Below, piece by piece: positions 12,450 to 32,495 of a DNA stretch of 64,000 bases. The stretch's first letter is position 1. Every line of letters starts with the position of its first letter. The translations under genes were made by a program, and so were the position numbers. Source of the DNA: the human T2T-CHM13v2.0 reference genome, Homo sapiens; assembly GCF_009914755.1 (NCBI RefSeq), contig NC_060947.1; one strand, written 5' to 3'. A model generated the notes under the pieces. The model was not told where the DNA came from and did not search any database. It saw only the letters and a program-made list of their open reading frames with translations.

Positions 12450-15400
12450 ATGACTTCTGGAATGGCAGATCAAGGATCTGGTGGACCCTCTACTCAGTGA
12501 AACAACCGTTTAACTAGTAAAAATGATCAATCAACCATTTAAAATCTTCAGAAAATATCCTAAGGGCACATAGCAAAAAGAGAAACATTTATTCAAGAAA
12601 AGCTATTAAGCCTCAGTAAAAACAGCAAGAGTCTATGGCATTTGAGTCATGACCTGTTCCTAATCCTTCCCTTATCTCCATTCTTCAGGCAAGTGCAACC
12701 AAGAAGATGGAGGCTTCCTCTCTCTCAAAATCTTACTCCATAGTTATAATTTCACCCACAATGGGGCAGACCACAAGCATCTCTTTTTTTTCCCCCAGCC
12801 CTATATTACAGAATCACTGTTCTAGGAAGGCATAGCTTAGAGGATTGGAGATTCCTTCCACACCCACTTTCTACGTATGAGGGCTTTGCCCCAGGGATGG
12901 TAAGTCAAGAATACAGGGATCCTGCTTGTGCCTGCCTCAGCTCATATATAAGGTAAAGCTTCCACACTAGGAAAGGCAAATTAAGAGGACTAGGGAATAT
13001 ACCGTTATCCCCAGGGTCCACTTGTAGAACAGGGGTGTCATTCTGGGAGAAGCAGGTCACTGCCCCACTTGTGGAACAGGGGAGTCACTCGTCACTGTCC
13101 CTGGTTCAAATTCTATTGCAGTGACAGAGGTTCTGTCCCAGGGAAAGGCAGGTTGTTAGGATGGAGAACTCCACAGTTCTCCCTGAGGTGACTGACTTTA
13201 TTTGGAACAGAGCATGAAGAAGTTCATGCCTAAGGGCACTGTCAAAAATAATGGAGATCTTGGTGGTGAGCAATTAAGAGTGGATTGGTAGCTCCATGAT
13301 ACTAGTAACAACAAGCAAAACAGCAGACCAGCATGGAGGATACCAGAGAACCAGACAAAGGAATCACTAAGAAGAGCCCTTGTGGAATTGCACTCACTGC
13401 TGGGTGTGTGGAAAGTTATGCATGTGTGCTTTACTGTACCCTCTCAAAAGCAACCTAAACAGGATGTGGGGTAGGCTCTAAAGCATTCCTCAAGCCACAC
13501 ATGGATCCATCAGTAAAATGTGGAGGGCTTAAGGATAAAAAGGCTTAAGTACAATCTCTGGCCCTACATTTTCTAAATGTTATGCCACCCTGACCAAGGG
13601 GCAACTCCTACAAAGCCAGGCAAAATAATAAAATCATATTTGTCTCTAGTGGAATGGATAACTATGCCTAAAACTGTGCCCTTTGAAAAGCAACTAGAGA
13701 GATAATTTCTGAAGTGTTTGTCCCTACCTGAATGTGTGGCAAAATTCTAAACTCCCTGAAGTGTGAAAGTGGTTTCCAAGCCACATGCACATCCAGTAGT
13801 GGTAAAGGGTGAAAATCTAACTGGCTAAGAGGGCTTCATAGCAACATTAACCAAAAAGTGGTTTATGTAGTCTTTGCCTGCTTCATAATTCCCTAGGCAT
13901 TCTATGCTATTCTGTACTCAGAAGGCTTAAAGTCAGGTTAGGGAAAGGAGGCCTATGAGGTTACTGTGCAGAGGCAGTGCTGGGAAATAAATGAAGTTAA
14001 ATAAATTTAGGCCATCGTGGTTTAAAGAATGGATTGTGGAGATAAGAAGGATAAAGGAAACCCAGAGTCAAGAAAAATAAAACTTTTCATTGGTGCCATG
14101 CCAACCCATATCCGAGCCTGAGGCAAAAGGAAAAATGTGCTCCCTGATATACACTTATACAAAATATCAACTAATTTTATTTGTTGGACTGAATAGAAAA
14201 AGTCAACAAAAATTAAAAATAAAAAAATCATGACTATATTTTTAATAAGTGGTTTATGTAAACCCAGAGTTGACCAATGGGATGCCAGTCTCAACCATAA
14301 AAACAAACAAAACATTGTGAGTAACAACACCAGAAGTCTCAAAGTGTCAGGGAAACCAATTTCACAGAAGCAGTTCAGCCAAGTCACTAAACAAACAAAC
14401 GACTAAGCAAAAAACAAGAATGAGTCTCAGAAAGGGTCAAGTCAGTATCCAGAGTTGTTACAATATAGTATCTAAAATATTGTTTTGAACTAAAAATTTT
14501 GAGGCATGCAAAGAATGAGGAAAGTATGACTCATACATGGTATTATATGAAAAAATCAACAAAAAACTATCCATGAGGAAACAAAGATGTTGAAATTCAC
14601 TAGGGAAAGACTTTAAAAACCAGCTATTTAAATATATTCAAAGAACTGAAGGAACTATGTCTAAAATACTAAAATAAAGTATAATAACAATTTCTTGTCA
14701 AGTAGAGAATGCCAATAAAGAGATAGAAGTTATAAAAAAAGAAAAAAATGGAAAATCTGGAGTTGAAAATTATAATAACTGAAATGAAAAATTCACTAGA
14801 AAAGGTCACAAGAAGATATAACTTGGCAGAAGAAACAATCAGCAAATTAGAACATAGATCAATATAGATTATTCATTTTGAAGGGTAGAAAGAAAAAAAG
14901 AATGAAGAAAACTGAAGATTCCCAAAGAAATGTAGGACATCTTAAAGACACATCATTAGGAGAAGAAAAGAAGGGAAAGAAAAGAGCAGAAAGAATATTT
15001 TTTAAAAAATGGATAAAATCTTCCAAAATTTAATGAAAAACATCAACCTACACATCAAAGAAAATTTTTTTAAAACTTCAAGCAGGAAAATGTAACGATA
15101 TTGATACTTAGATACATCATAGTCAAAATATTGGAGTCAAATATAAAGAGAAAATTTTGAAATTAGCAAGAGAAAAATGAAATGGAACCACAATAAGATT
15201 AACAGCTGATTCTCATCAGAAATAACAGAGAGCAGAAGGCAGTGCAATCCCATATTCTAAACGTTGAAAGAATAAAAAAACTGTCAGTCAAGAATCATAT
15301 ATTCAACAAAACTATCTTTAAAGGTAAAAATGAAATGAAGACATTCCTAGGTAAACAAAGGCTGAGAGAATTTTTCATTAGCTGACATGCCTTGCAAGAA

Positions 15401-16000
15401 ATACTAAAAGCTTCCTAGACAGTAGCTTTAATCTGCATGAAAAAAAATTCCAATAAAGGGAAATTTGTAAATAATAAAAATACATCATTATATATTCTTT
15501 TCCACTTAACTTATTTAAAATCAATTTCTTAAAGCACTATCTGTAAAATTGTATTGTTATTTGACAATAAAATGTAAAAGAGGGGAGTGGGAATTAAGCT
15601 AAATTGGAGTAAGGAAATGGTATCACATGGTAAATTGAATTTACAGAAAGAAATGAAAAAATTAAGTGGCAAATATGAAGAGTAACATTAAAAACTTCTA
15701 TAAATTAATTGTGGCCTCCTTTCTTCCCTTAGCTTCTGTAAAAGACATAAGACTATTAAAAATGACAATAATTATAAACACATTGTTTTATTAGTAATAA
15801 ACATAGACAAATTATCTACAACAATTATTATTATACAAGGAGAGGGAATGGAGCTGTAGAGGAGTAAAGTTTTTATAACCTACTGGAACTAAGTCAGTAT
15901 AAATATGATGTCGATTCTGTTAATTTGAGATATATGTTAGAAGCCCCAAAGTAATCACTGAGAAAATGATGCAAAAATACAGTTTTAAAAAGTTAAAAAC
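12450..16000 (+). mobile_element. Old L1M 5' region with degenerate ORF1
   Basis: A-rich ORF1-like sequence at ~14450-15420 (ctggagttgaaaattataataactgaaatgaaaaattcactaga; gatacatcatagtcaaa; gattctcatcagaaa; gacattcc...aagaaatactaaa). The 5' part may include other inserts. Confidence 0.65.
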
Positions 16001-16032
16001 ATAGTTTAGCTTATGTGTGCCTAGTACTCCAT

Positions 16033-16418
16033 TATTATTTTTTTATTATATTTTAAGTTCTGGGGTACATGTGCAGAATGTGCAGGTTTGTTACATAGGC
16101 ATACATGTGCCATGGTGGTTTGCTGCACCCATCAATCCGTCATATACATTAGGTATTTCTCCTAATACTATCCCTCCCCCTGTCCCCTAACCCCCTCAAC
16201 AGGCCCTGGTGTGTGATGTTCCCCTCCCTGTGTCCATGTGTTCTCATTGTTCAACTCCCACTTATGAGTGAGAACATGCGGTGTTTCGTTTTCTGTTCTT
16301 GTGTTAGTTTGCTGAGAATGATGGTTTCCAGCTTCATCCATGTCCTTGCAGAGGACATGAACTCATCCTTTTTATGGCTGCATAGTAGTCCATCGTGTAT
16401 ATGTGCCACATTTTCTTT
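16033..16418 (-). mobile_element. 5'-truncated L1PA (older primate, PA7-like) 3' end
   Basis: ttttaagttctggggtacatgtgcagaatgtgcagg...; the ORF track shows the ORF2 C-terminus ([29 protein letters not shown]). Confidence 0.92.
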
Positions 16419-18821
16419 CTGCTTGTTCCCAGGAGAAAGTGGCTGAAGATTCCAGAGAGAAGCTGAATGCAGTTTAATTCTTTTTGCCATAAACACGACA
16501 ACCCATTTTCCTGCAAGCTGTGTTAGTTTGCTCTCTTCTTGGTTCATTCATTCATTTATTCATAGCTTCCATAAATATTTAACAAACACTAATTAGGGGC
16601 CAAGCCATGTGCTAGGCACAGGGGATAAAACTGTGAACAAAACAAGCCCCAGCTACTCTTAAGGAACTGATAGACAAATGGACCAGCAAACATGCTGGTC
16701 CTGTTTTGAAGGCAAAGCGCCTGGTGCTCCTGATCTCATGAGCACAGAGCATTTAGCCTAAGTCTCATCCTCCTAAGGCCTCAGAAATAAGGCCTTATTT
16801 TAATAAGTGCAAGTCAGTCATTTGAAGACTAAATCATAGAATCCTAGAAAACTAGTACCGGGAGCAAGGCAAAAGAATGGGATGAGCATGAAACATATAT
16901 TCAGAAGTTGTGGTGTGTAGGTATATAAGCCAAGCTCTTTTCTTCACTTGCTTGCTAAGTCACTTAGCTTTTCTGCCTTTTTGTTTGCTCTGTCTGGAAA
17001 TGGAGTTAATGAAATATATCTACATGATAGGGATATTGAGACGATTAAATAAGATGCTGCTGTCACCCAGTATGCCCTTACCCTGCTGTACTTAGAAGTA
17101 TATGAAATTCATTTTCTAAATTTTTGTATGAGTGTTTCATGCATGCCCACCACCATGGAAGCTACCTTAAGACAGTGAGGGACTTTGTTTAACTTGTTTG
17201 TACTACATCCTCAGTCTAATGGTGTCTGGCTTATGGTAGGCACCAAATATAATTTTATTGACAGAAAGGATGATAATGAATGTGAAGGCATTTTTAAGTT
17301 TATGAAGTGTTGTGCATATTGTTGTTAATTTTAAGCTGTTACGTTAAAGAACCCCTAATCCAACTCTCTTGAGTTTTATAGATATCATAGAAGATATATC
17401 TTCCCTTGACATAGAAGCTTCCCTTGAAGGTTCCCTTGACTCATGTATTTGCCTCACAGTGATTGTGCAGATCCCACAAGATAAATTTATGTGAATGTGC
17501 TTTATGTGCTTGAAGTGCTCCACAAATATGGGTTTTATAAGATGAGAAAATAGAGTCAGGGAGAAAGGTGACTGATCCAAGGTCATGCAAAGAGTTAGTG
17601 TCAGAATTTATAATGGAATTTCAGGCTCCCAACTCCCACTCCAGTATACTAAGGCAGATTCCAGAGAAGAAACAGTGGAGAGCAGGCACTGATGAGGGAC
17701 AAAGAAAAGCAGGCTCCGTCTGGCTGCAACTTGTCTCTTCATGGCAAAAAGAAACTAGGAAAGTGCTATGCCAGAGACGACATGATAACTTTGCAGAATG
17801 GAAAGAGCTTGTTTACCACATTGAATACTTTATCTGTGTTTATCTAACGACAGTTCCACCAGCTCTTTACCACTTGACTTTTGCCTAATTCAAAAATATA
17901 CCAACTATGAAACATTTTCCTTCTCAGTTTTTATTCTAGATTACATTTTGTTCAACTTTATCTTAATGTGTAGTGTAGAAAGAGTAAGGTAAGAGTATAG
18001 CAAGTGGTTATTTTCCATTTCTACTGAGGACAGAGAAATAATCTAAGGGATTTGTATTAGAGATGAAGAAGTTCATGGCCAGGACATGAGAGATACTGTG
18101 ATAGAATGGATATTGTGAAGTCTTTGGTAGTTTTTGAGGGGAAAAAAGAGAAGGTTTTCTTTGTCTGATATAGTTTAGCAACGTCTTAATTTAGGATTCA
18201 AAAGTTGTTCAGGGTCCATCTTGGCCTTCAAATTAAGATGCCCTTTGAGAGATAACATTGTTGTTTTCAAACTCTGTTCTGTGACTTAAGAATGAGAGGA
18301 GAAGGAAGAAAAGAGGAGAAAATTTGAGGGAAAAGTGCCCAAGCAGCGTCAAGGCTAGACACTGGAAATTTATCAATGAAAGCCACATGGTGGATGGGAA
18401 TCAGATATGTGCATCAATTATTTGTGTTCCAATCCATATAGAAGTACCGTATAATGCACCAAGCTAATAGGTGCTTTGAAAGAAGACCATACAAGTGGAG
18501 ATGTGTTCCTATTCTATCTAGGGATAGAGTCAGGAAGGGCTTCATTGAATAAGTGGTAGCCTCTTGGGCTGAGACCTGAGTTATGAGATGATGTGGCAAA
18601 GGAGACAGATGGCTGGGGGCAAGGTGGGGTCATTGAAATTGGAGGCAGTAGCAATATAAGCAAAGCTACAGGGGCATGAAAAAGCAAGGTTAGATTAGTG
18701 AATTGCAACAGGGTGGTACTGCTGGAAGGTCACATGGAAAAGACTGTGAAGGTATTGAGATAAGAAGCTAGAAATAAGCTTTGAATGCCATCCTAGTACT
18801 TTGAATTTGCATGCTGTAAGC

Positions 18822-18982
18822 CAAGTGGTTTTCACTTGGTCATTTAATAAAATTACAGATTCTCAGGTCTCACCTGTAACTTCAGATTCAGAAGAGTCTG
18901 CTAACTGAAGGTGGAATCAGTGTTCCATATTGCTAATTAGCTCCTCAGAGGATTCTAATATATCAGTGAGTTATGACCACTG
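18822..18982. mobile_element. MER5-like hAT MITE inside an L2 remnant, with 8-bp TSD
   Basis: Termini caagtggtt...gaccactg, flanked by CTGTAAGC at 18814-18821 and 18983-18990. Confidence 0.7.
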
Positions 18983-19150
18983 CTGTAAGCCATAGGTAGT
19001 TATTGAAAGCTGCTATGGAGAGGAGCCACAGAAGCAGATGTTTTAGATAGGATTCCTCTGGGGTCCTGTGTAATTTATGGACTGGAGAGGATCAGACAGG
19101 AAGCAGAAAGACTTGAATAAGACAGTTGCAGTTATTTTGGAGGCAAAGAT

Positions 19151-19184
<34 letters not shown>

Positions 19185-19186
19185 TG
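19151..19186 (+). repeat. (TC)8(TG)10 compound microsatellite
   Basis: Read directly. Confidence 0.95.
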
Positions 19187-19419
19187 TAATTGTAGGAACT
19201 ATTTAGGCAGTAAAATTAACAGATATTAGTCACTGATTGACTGAGTGGATGGCAGTGATAGGTGGGGTGCGTTGAGGGAAGTGTATTACATTAAGTCCAG
19301 GATGACTCATGGTTTTCTAAGTTGAGTCATTGGGGATTGCCATCCAATGTGAGAAACTATATAGTCTTATCATAGTTGATCTTGGAGGTAGACTTGAATT
19401 AAAATCTTGAAGCCATCAA

Positions 19420-19605
19420 TTGCTGTATGTGGGTCTTGGGCAGAACACTTAAGGTTTCTGGACCTCAGTTATTTCTTCTGTAAAATGAGGAAAATAATGC
19501 ATACCTCATGCATTTGTTGTAAAGACTAAATGAGGTTAAAGTATGTAGAGTGTAGTTTAGTAACTGGGACGTATAGTGGTCCAGTAAACATCAGCTGTTA
19601 TTATT
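19420..19605 (+). mobile_element. MIR SINE
   Basis: gtcttgggcagaacacttaa...cctcagttatttcttctgtaaaatgagg...taaatgag. Confidence 0.75.
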
Positions 19606-20299
19606 GTGCTATATGTTGTGATGTGTACTGGAGTGAGATGGGGTAGGGGATTTTTTAGTCTCTGCCAATGACTCCTCTCCCCATGATCAAAATCAGAAAA
19701 TCAGTCTCTTATGTGTTGAGGAGTGAGACACTTCTCCCAAGTGTTTAAGGCTAATACCTTGCCTTGTTTTGCCTTGGGCCAGACCTCACTACACATCTGT
19801 TTAAGAGATCAGGGTAAGCTCTGTTCTTGGTGAGTATCTCAATGGGGCTGTTTTTCTAGTTCTTGTAGTTTCTTTGGGCCAACATGAAATGTCTAACCTT
19901 GGCTTCTTGGTTGTGGATTCTCGTCAACATTTCACTGCTACCCAAGTTGTGTCTGCTTACATGATGCTATCTTCCTTCTTTTGGGTTTCTGAAGCCCTCA
20001 GACACTTGGCTGAACATTTTTCACATTTCTTAAGCTATATCATCTGTGTTTTCCCTGCCACAGACAAAGTCACAAAAGGACTTTAAGATAGGTTTTGGTT
20101 TTTTTTTTTCCCCAGGGTTTTTATACATTTTGGGTAAGGGCAAGTGGTAAATGCTGCTTTTCTGCCTTAACCAGTAGTGTCTGACAGAGGAGGTAGCATG
20201 ATGATTGCAGAGCTCACTGGACTGAAAGTCAGATGCTTTACCCGCCTAGACTCTAGTACCAAGGGGAAGATGGAGTGAGATGGGGTAAATGGGGAGAAA

Positions 20300-20520
20300 T
20301 TACCATTTATTTTGAGTGTGCCAGGCCTTTTCTCATGTATTGTCTAATGCATTTGTCACAATTCTCTTTGGGTTTGAAATGTGATTTTCTTCATTTTATA
20401 GATAAGGAAACTTATGGGAAGGGAGGTTAGGTTCATCTTGTGCCCAACTTTACATGGCTAGTGATCAATAATAGTGAGATTCAAACTCAGATTTCTCTGC
20501 CCCAAAGCCTTTGCTTTTTC
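20300..20520 (-). mobile_element. MIR SINE
   Basis: catttattttgagtgtgccagg...cattttatagataaggaaact...gagattcaaactcag. Confidence 0.75.
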
Positions 20521-21097
20521 CTCTTTTGACACTGTAACTAATGAGAAGATGTATTTAACTCTGAGTCTCATTTGCCTCAACTGTAAAATGGAGCTCTGTA
20601 ACTCTTGCTCTGTATGACAGTAAATCTCCTCAGACCAGACTTATGATAGGGGATAAGGATATTTGTATCTTTGGGCCCCTAATGTATTGAAAGTGCTTCT
20701 AAGTGCCTGGCACATAGAAGGGCACTCAATAAATATTTACCACATTTTCCAGAAAGAGGGTAGCTCCATAATGGGTGAGATACATTTTGGTGGCTACTGT
20801 AGTGTTTAATGCTTTTACCATCTGTTAAAATGATTTTGGAGTATAGCTAGATAACTGATGATGGTTGTTATATAGATTTTTTCATAGGTTGCCTGTTCCA
20901 AATTCTATGCCGTGGAAGAAGTTAAATATCCAGAATTTGACAGGAAATATTATTCTACAACAGATCCCTGGCGTAAGAATGATAACACCTGTGTTCTAGT
21001 CTCAGACTTGCCTCTGAATAACTGTTTCTCCTGGTCAATTCTCTGTCTCTATCTAGGCTTGAAATTTCCCCCAAATGATGAAGGAGTTGGACTAGTT

Positions 21098-21677
21098 TAG
21101 TGGGGTTCAGCCTCGAGTGGCCATTAAAATTATTTGGGGATCTTTGAAAAAAATTAGATGCCCAGATTTTTGTCGTTGTTGTTGTTGTTTTTGTTTGTTT
21201 GTTTTTTAATTATACTTTAAGTTCTGGGATACATGTGCAGAACATGCAGGTTTGTTACATAGGTATACACGTGCCATGGTGGTTTGCTGCACCCATCAAC
21301 CCGTCATCTACATTAGGTATTTCTCCTAATGCTATCCCTCCCTAGTCCCCTAACCCCAGACAGGCCCTGGTGTGTCATGTTCCCCTCCCTGTGTCTATGT
21401 GCTCTCATTGTTCAGCTCCCCCTTATGAGTGAGAACGTGCAGTGTTTGGTTTTCTGTTCCTGTGTTAGTTTGCTGAGAATGATGGTTTCCAGTTTCATCC
21501 ATGTTCTTTCAAAGGACATGAACCCATCCTTTTTTATGGTGGCCTGATATTCCATGGTGTATTGAACTGCTCACTCCAGTTCAATTAAATCAGAATACAG
21601 AATGTTGAGAGGAGCATCAGTATTTTAAGAAGGCCCCCTAGTGAAGTTCAATGTGCAGCCAAGGGTGAGAAACACTG
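21098..21677. mobile_element. MER5A-like hAT MITE split by an L1PA insertion
   Basis: tagtggggttcagcc...gatgcccag [L1] ...attaaatcagaat...gtgcagccaagggtgagaaacactg. Near-perfect 8-bp TSD GACTAGTT (21090-21097) / GACTAGAT (21678-21685). Confidence 0.7.
21167..21562 (-). mobile_element. 5'-truncated L1PA 3' end with (TTG)n-decayed tail
   Basis: attatactttaagttctgggatacatgtgcagaacatgcagg...ttccatggtgtat. Confidence 0.92.
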
Positions 21678-23692
21678 GACTAGATGATTGATAAGGGCCA
21701 TCCAACTTTGATAGTCAACAAGAGACAATGCTATAGAGTATGGTGGACAGAGCATGGGCTTTAGAGTTAGCCAGGTATGCATTCAGACCCTGGCTCTGTT
21801 ACTTACTAGTTGTGTGATCTTGAAGAAATCAAAATGGAGATACACTATGTACCTGGCAGTAATAGTTGTGGGGATTAAGCACCTTCACCAGAGCTTAGGA
21901 CATAATAAGCCCCCAGTAAATAGCTTCTTTAATATCAGAAGTTCAGATGGAAGATGTGAGAAAAATATTGGTTCAGTAAGATTTAACAGGTAAATTAAAA
22001 TCAAGTATTTGAAAACATTTTCCTGTTTCTTTAGCAATGGATTCCAGAAACATAATGTGGAAATAGCTCTCAGTCCTTAGATTTGATGACATTGCAGAAA
22101 GAAATCTGGCTAGTCGTCCCATGGCTGATTGGCTATGATGGCTAGAAAGCCATTGGAAAAAAAAAATTGGCTCACAGAAGACAGCAGATGTGGCTTGGGA
22201 AATGCAAGGACATGACTGTAATAAGGATTTGTCTATCCAGCCCCATTTATGAGAGTGATTCCAGGAGAAAAGGACAGATTTGTATTGTCAGTGGGATACG
22301 CTGTTAAAAAACACTTTTGCTACTACCACTCCAGCTGTCTTGGCATGTTTGTTGGTGATGTAAGCTACAGAAAATGGAAATCACCAATAGGGCTATAGCA
22401 ACCTGATGCATAGTGACAAGTAATTGTTCTATTCATGGTTATGTGTTGTACAGAGCACTTGCTGCATGTCAGGTTTGAGACTTGAGTATGCATTAGGGCC
22501 ATGGACACCCCCATCTTATCTTTAAGTAGATTTCAAAGTAAATATTTGATGAATATGTAAAATATTTAGTTTGGTCAGTCATAGGGCTGAGAACATGGTG
22601 GCAGTTACCTCCTAGTATCTGCAAGCAAAAAAAGTTTTTTCTTCCTATAGCAATTGCCATCTCAGCCACTTTTGCAGCATTTCTTTTTGCTACACTTTGC
22701 ATTAACCATTTGTGCACTTGTCTTAGCCTCAAACAGGCCATGAAAGCTCCTTGAGGATAGGGGCTATGTCTTTTTCATCTTTATATATGCATCATTTAGC
22801 AGAGCTGTCCCTTTATAATGTACTAATTACTGAATGAAGGGATGCATAGATGAATAAATGAATGAAAAGTAGGAGTGACCTGTCTTCTCTCTTTCTTCAC
22901 GATGGGGACTAGTGTGTGTATATAAGGGGATAATTTTTGTGTCACATAAAATATAACCTTACTTAGAAGGCAAGACTTCCAGAATGGTGGAATGAGAACC
23001 ACCCCCCCGCCCCCATAAATCCGCCCTTTCATGAAAGCAGTGAAAACGCTAGCAAACGTTGTGAAAATTAACTTTTCCAGAACTCTGGAAAGGAAACAGA
23101 GGCTTCCAACAATCTGAGAAGAATGTATTCAAGAAAAACTTCGGTAAGCTCTCTGATCACAGTGGAAATAATAAACAATTAGTAATAGAAGGATAGTTGG
23201 GAAATTCACCATTTGTGGGATATAAACAGTGGATCAAAGAAGAAATCATAAGGGAAATGAGAAAATACTTTGAGATTAATGAAAATGAAAATACATTGTT
23301 CCAAAACTTACAGGATACAGCCAAGCTAAAGCAGTACTTAAAGGGAAATTTGTAACTGCGAAGGCCTATATCAACAAAGACAAATGATCTCAAATCAAGA
23401 ACCTAACCTTCCACCTTAGACTAGGAAAGGAACAGCAAACTACAAAGAAAGCAGGAAGAAAGACTAATAAAGACTAAAAGGGAAATAAATGAAATAATAG
23501 AGTAGAAAAACACTAGAATCAATGAAATTAAACATTGATTCTTTGAAGAGATCAACAAAACTGAAAAAAACTTTAGTCAGATTGAATAAGAAAAAAAGAG
23601 AGAAAATTCAAATTATCAAAATGAGCAATGAAAATGGGGCCATCACTACCTACCTTAAAAAGAATTTTCAAAGGATTAAAAGAAAATGCCAT

Positions 23693-24075
23693 TGCATTAG
23701 TTCATTCTCACACAACTATAAAAAAGCTACCTGAGATGGGGTAGTTTATGAAGAAAAGCGCTTTAATTGACTCACAGTTCCACAGTCTGTACAGCAGGCA
23801 TGGATCATGAGGCCTTAGGAAATTTACATCAGGTGAAAGGCTAAGGGGCATGGAAGACATGTCTTCACACGGCAGCAGGAGAGAGAGCAAAGAGGGAAGT
23901 GCCACACACTTTTAAACCATCAGCTCTCATGACAACTCACTCACTATCATGAGAACAGCAAGGGGAAAATCTGCCCTCATGATCCAATTACTTCCTACCA
24001 GGTCCCTTCCCCAACACTGGAAATTACAATTCAACGTGCGATTTGGATGGTGTGACACAGAGCAAAACCATATCA
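23693..24075 (-). mobile_element. THE1D/MSTA-type MaLR solo LTR nested in the old L1
   Basis: tgcattagt...ttaattgactcacagttccacag...aaaccatatca, with 5-bp TSD GCCAT/ACCAT. Confidence 0.9.
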
Positions 24076-24738
24076 ACCATACTGTATGCCAAAAAATTAG
24101 ATGACCTAGATGAAATGGACAAATACTCAGAAAAACACAAACTATCTAAAGTGACCAGTGAAGAAACAGAAAATCTGAGTAGTCCTGTAACAAGTCCTGT
24201 AACAAAACTGGATTAGTAATTAAGAAACTTCCCACAAAGAAAAGCCCAGGTTCAGTCTTCACTGGTGAATACTATCAAATATTTAAGGAAGATTTAATCC
24301 TTCACAAATTATTTCAAAACTTGGAAGAGGCTGGAACCCTTTCCAACTAATTCTGCAAAGTCAGCATTACCCTGATGCCAAAACCAAAGATATGACACAA
24401 AAATAAAACTGCAGGCTAATATCACATTTGAATATAGATAACTTTCTAAAAATCTCAACAAAATGCTAGCAAACAGAATTCAGCAACAAATAAAAAGGGT
24501 TATAAAGGGTGACCAAGTAGGATTTATCTCTGGAATGTAAATTAACATTCAAAAACCTAAGAATAGGAGGAAACTTTCTTAACTTTGTAATGGACATCTC
24601 TGAAAAACACACAGCTAACATCATACTAAATAGGGAAAGATTGAAATTTTTCCTTGTAAGATCAGGAACAAGACAAGGATGACTGTTCTCACCATTTCAA
24701 TTTACCATTGTATTGTAGATTCAAGTCAAGGCAATTAG

Positions 24739-24740
<2 letters not shown>

Positions 24741-24769
<29 letters not shown>
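24741..24769 (+). repeat. A29 homopolymer inside the L1 ORF2 remnant
   Basis: Read directly; flanks gcaattaggc...gaaagaggtaaaaggca are contiguous L1 ORF2. Confidence 0.95.
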
Positions 24770-24771
<2 letters not shown>

Positions 24772-25759
24772 AAGAGGTAAAAGGCACCCATATTGGAAAG
24801 GAAGAGGTGAAAATATCTATATTCACAGATGACATGATCTTATACAAAGAAAACCTTAAGGAATCCATGATAAACTATTAAAACGAGTAAACGAGTTCAG
24901 CAAGGTTTCAGAATACAAGATTAATGTGCAAAAATCAATTGTATTTCTGTACACTAGCAATGAGCAATCTGAAAATGAGATTAAGAAAACAGTTCACTCA
25001 CAATATAATCAAAATACCAGAATACTTAAAAATAAATTTAACAAAAGAAGCGTAAGACTTGTATGCTGCAAACCACAAAACACTGTGGAAAGTAATTAAA
25101 AATCTAAATAAATAGAAAAACATCCCTTGTTCATGTACTAGAGGACTCAATATTGTCAAGATGGAAATACTCCCCAAAGATTGAAGGAAATCCCTATCAA
25201 AATACTGGCTGTTTTCTTAGCAGAAAATGAAAATCTGACCCTAAAATTAATATTTAAATACATGGAACCTAGGATAACCAAAATAATATTGAGAAAGAAA
25301 AACAAAGTCGGCGTACCCATGCTTCCTGATTCCAAACCTTATTACAAAGCAGTGGTAATCAAGAGTGTATGGTATTGGCATAAGGACAAACAGATCAATA
25401 AATGGAATACTATTGAGAATCCAAAAGTTAACTCTTACATTTAAGACCAATTGACTTTCAAAAGTGTTGCTAAGACATTTCAATGAGGAAAGAATAGTCT
25501 TTTCAATAAATTGTACTGGAAAAATTGGATATCCACATGAAAATAAAAGATTTTGGACCACTTCAAACCTGCAAAAAAAATAAAATGATCTCATGGTGTA
25601 TCATGGATCTAAATGCTATAGAGCTAAGATGATAAATCTCAGAAGAAAATATCAAAGTAAATCTTTATGACCTTGAAGTAGGCAATGGTTTTTTGGCTAT
25701 AACACCAAAAGCACAAGCAATAAGAGAAAAAAAATTTTTTTTAAAAAACCCTTGATTAT

Positions 25760-26270
25760 TTTATTAAAATTTTGTTGTGGGTACAAAGTAGGTGTGTATA
25801 TTTATGGGGTATATGAGATATTTTGATACAGGCATACAATGTTCAATGATCATATTAGGATAAATGAAGTATCCAGTACCTCAAGCATTTATCATTTGTG
25901 TTACAAACAATCCAATTATACTCTTTTAGTTATTTTTAAATGTACAGTACATTATTATTGTAGTCATTCCCTTGTGCTATCAAATACTATATGTTATTCA
26001 TTCTATCTAACTATATTATTGTACCCATTAACCATCCCCACTCCCCTGCCTCCCAGCTACACTTCGTAGCATCTGGTAACCATGATTTCCTCTTATCTCC
26101 ATGAGTTCAGTAGTTTCAGCTCATGGAGATAGACAGAACTAATTTTATTAGCTCCCACAAATTAGCTCCCATGTCAGAACATGTAAAGTTTGTCTTTCTG
26201 TGCCAGGTTTATTTCACATAACATAACGAACTCTAGTTCCAACCATGTTGGTGCAAATGACAGGCTCTCT
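25760..26270 (-). mobile_element. L1MA-type 3' end fragment (part of the putative transduced flank)
   Basis: gtgggtacaaagtaggtgtgtatatttatggggtatatgagatattttgatacaggcat...gcaaatgacagg. Confidence 0.85.
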
Positions 26271-26271
26271 C

Positions 26272-32495
<6,224 letters not shown>

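Larger units (their letters stand above)
22970..25734 (+). mobile_element. Old L1M (L1MB/L1MC-like) ORF2 remnant, left part
   Basis: Degenerate ORF2 peptides in the track (IPIKILAVF...PDSKPYYKAVVIKSVWYWHKDKQINKWN). Continues colinearly at 32496. Confidence 0.85.

Noticed and set aside
17400-17441. Three copies of TTCCCTTGA (also short duplications at 24181-24204 and ~56843-56921) as a spaced array
   Set aside because: Too short, too few and irregularly spaced. These are ordinary slippage duplications, not a CRISPR-like or functional array.
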